From: Macrostomum hystrix
Lineage: Eukaryota > Animalia > Platyhelminthes
Reading direction: 5' to 3'
Length of the DNA: 64,000 nucleotides
Assembly (NCBI GenBank): GCA_950097015.1
Contig: CATNEN010000010.1
Span: 1 to 64,000 of the forward strand
Made by a program: the position numbers and the translations under genes. Positions 61,901-64,000 of the stretch are shown piece by piece (position 1 is the stretch's first letter; each line of letters starts with the position of its first letter). The notes under the pieces were generated by a model, which had not been told where the DNA came from, searched no databases, and was given only the letters and a program-made list of their open reading frames with translations.

Positions 61901-64000
61901 GATCCCCATGTCTAGATCGATCAATCTCCCAGATCCCCATGTCTAGATCGATCAATCTCCCAGATCCTTATGTTGAGATCGATCAATCTCCCAGATCCTC
62001 ATATTGAGATCGATCAATCTCCCAGATCCCCATGTTGAGATCGATCAATCTCCTAGATCCTCATATTGAGATCGATCAATCTCCCAGATCCCCATGTTGA
62101 GATCGATCAATCTCCCAGATCCTCATATTGAGATCGATCAATCTCCCAGATCCTCATGTTGAGATCGATCAATCTCCCAGATCCTCATGTTGAGATCGAT
62201 CAATCTCCCAGATCCTCATATTGAGATCGATCAATCTCCCAGATCCCCATGTTGAGATCGATCAATCTCCCAGATCCTCTTGTTGAGATCGATCAATGTC
62301 CCAGATCCTCATGTTGAAATCGATCAATCTCCCAGATCCTCATATTGAGATCGATTAATCTCCCAGATCCCCATGTTGAGATCGATCAATCTCCCAGATC
62401 CCCATGTTGAGATCGATCAATCTCCCAGACCCCATGTTGAGATCGATCAATCTCCCAGATCCTCATGTCTAGATCGATCAATCTCCCAGATCCCCATGTC
62501 TAGATCGATCAATCTCCCAGATCCTTATGTTGAGATCGATCAATCTCCCAGATCCTCATATTGAGATCGATCAATCTCCCAGATCCCCATGTCTAGATCG
62601 ATCAATCTCCCAGATCCCCATGTTGAGATCGATCAATCTCCCAGATCCTCATGTCTAGATCGATCAATCTCCCAGATCCCCATGTCTAGATCGATCAATC
62701 TCCCAGATCCTTATGTTGAGATCGATCAATCTCCCAGATCCTCATATTGAGATCGATCAATCTCCCAGATCCCCATGTCTAGATCGATCAATCTCCCAGA
62801 TCCCCATGTTGAGATCGATCAATCTCCCAGATCCCCATGTTGAGATCGATCAATCTCCCAGATCCCCATGTTGAGATCGATCAATCTCCCAGATCCTCAT
62901 GTTGAGATCGATCAATCTCCCAGATCCTCATGTTGAGATCGATCAATCTCCCAGATCCTCATGTTGAGATCGATCAATCTCCCAGATCCCCATGTTGAGA
63001 TCGATCAATCTCCCAGATCCTCATGTCTAGATCGATCAATCTCCCAGATCCTCATATTGAGATCGATCAATCTCCCAGATCCTCATATTGAGATCGATCA
63101 ATCTCCCAAATCCCCATGTTGAGATCAATCAATCTCCCAGATCCCATGTCTAGATCGATCAATCTCCCAGATCCCCATGTCTAGATCGATCAATCTCCCA
63201 GATCCCCATGTCTAGATCGATCAATCTCCCAGATCCTTATGTTGAGATCGATCAATCTCCCAGATCCTCATATTGAGATCGATCAATCTCCCAGATCCCC
63301 ATGTTGAGATCGATCAATCTCCCAGATCCTCATATTGAGATCGATCAATCTCCCAGATCCCCATGTTGAGATCGATCAATCTCCCAGACCCCATGTTGAG
63401 ATCGATCAATCTCCCAGATCCCCATGTCTAGATCGATCAATCTCCCAGATCCCCATGTTGAGATCGATCAATCTCCCAGATCCCCATGTTGAGATCGATC
63501 AATCTCCCAGATCCTCATGTTGAGATCGATCAATCTCCCAGATCCTCATGTTGAGATCGATCAATCTCCCAGATCCCCATGTTGAGATCGATCAATCTCC
63601 CAGATCCCCATGTTGAGATCGATCAATCTCCCAGATCCCCATGTTGAGATCGATCAATCTCCCAGATCCCCATGTTGAGATCGATCAATCTCCCAGATCC
63701 CCATGTTGAGATCGATCAATCTCCCAGATCCTCATGTTGAGATCGATCAATCTCCCAGATCCTCATGTTGAGATCGATCAATCTCCCAGATCCCCATGTT
63801 GAGATCGATCAATCTCCCAGACCCCATGTTGAGATCGATCAATCTCCCAGATCCCCATGTCTAGATCGATCAATCTCCCAGATCCCCATGTCTAGATCGA
63901 TCAATCTCCCAGATCCCCATGTCTAGATCGATCAATCTCCCAGATCCCCATGTCTAGATCGATCAATCTCCCAGATCCTTATGTTGAGATCGATCAATCT
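58919..64000. repeat. 31-bp satellite (GATCGATCAATCTCCCAGATCCCCATGTTGA), >160 copies, continuing past the window end
   Basis: Period 31 (58921 to 58952), with several recurrent variants and a 3,277-bp higher-order duplication. Confidence 0.98.

Overview
Eukaryotic, intron-rich animal genomic DNA. GC-rich exons sit among many GT-AG introns, most of the longer ones carrying their own minisatellite. This architecture resembles the flatworm Macrostomum lignano (inference, not proven). Ten spliced gene models were assembled by hand from splice signals and frame continuity: the 3' part of condensin subunit NCAPD2 (+, with one apparent 1-nt frameshift), a 15-repeat ankyrin protein (-), RPGR (-), a short MAP9-like tandem paralog (-), a MAP9/ASAP-like gene (-), an EFCAB6-like multi-EF-hand gene (+), a small secreted 8-Cys protein (+), an unassigned ~232-aa protein (+), a class A peptide-type GPCR (-) and parvin (+). 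Also present are a decayed, internally deleted RNase H-bearing LINE, a MITE-like inverted-repeat element, a 5.7-kb 46-bp satellite and a >5-kb 31-bp satellite with a 3,277-bp higher-order duplication. No CRISPR array, rRNA or intact tRNA was seen. The main highlights are: (1) minisatellites built from copies of the gene's own exon-intron junctions, creating ladders of alternative splice sites; (2) a compact cluster of cilia-associated genes (RPGR, MAP9-like x2, EFCAB6-like) with an RFX X-box; and (3) an orphan secreted peptide gene behind a palindromic forkhead-site cluster. All homology calls come from remembered family motifs; no database search was run.
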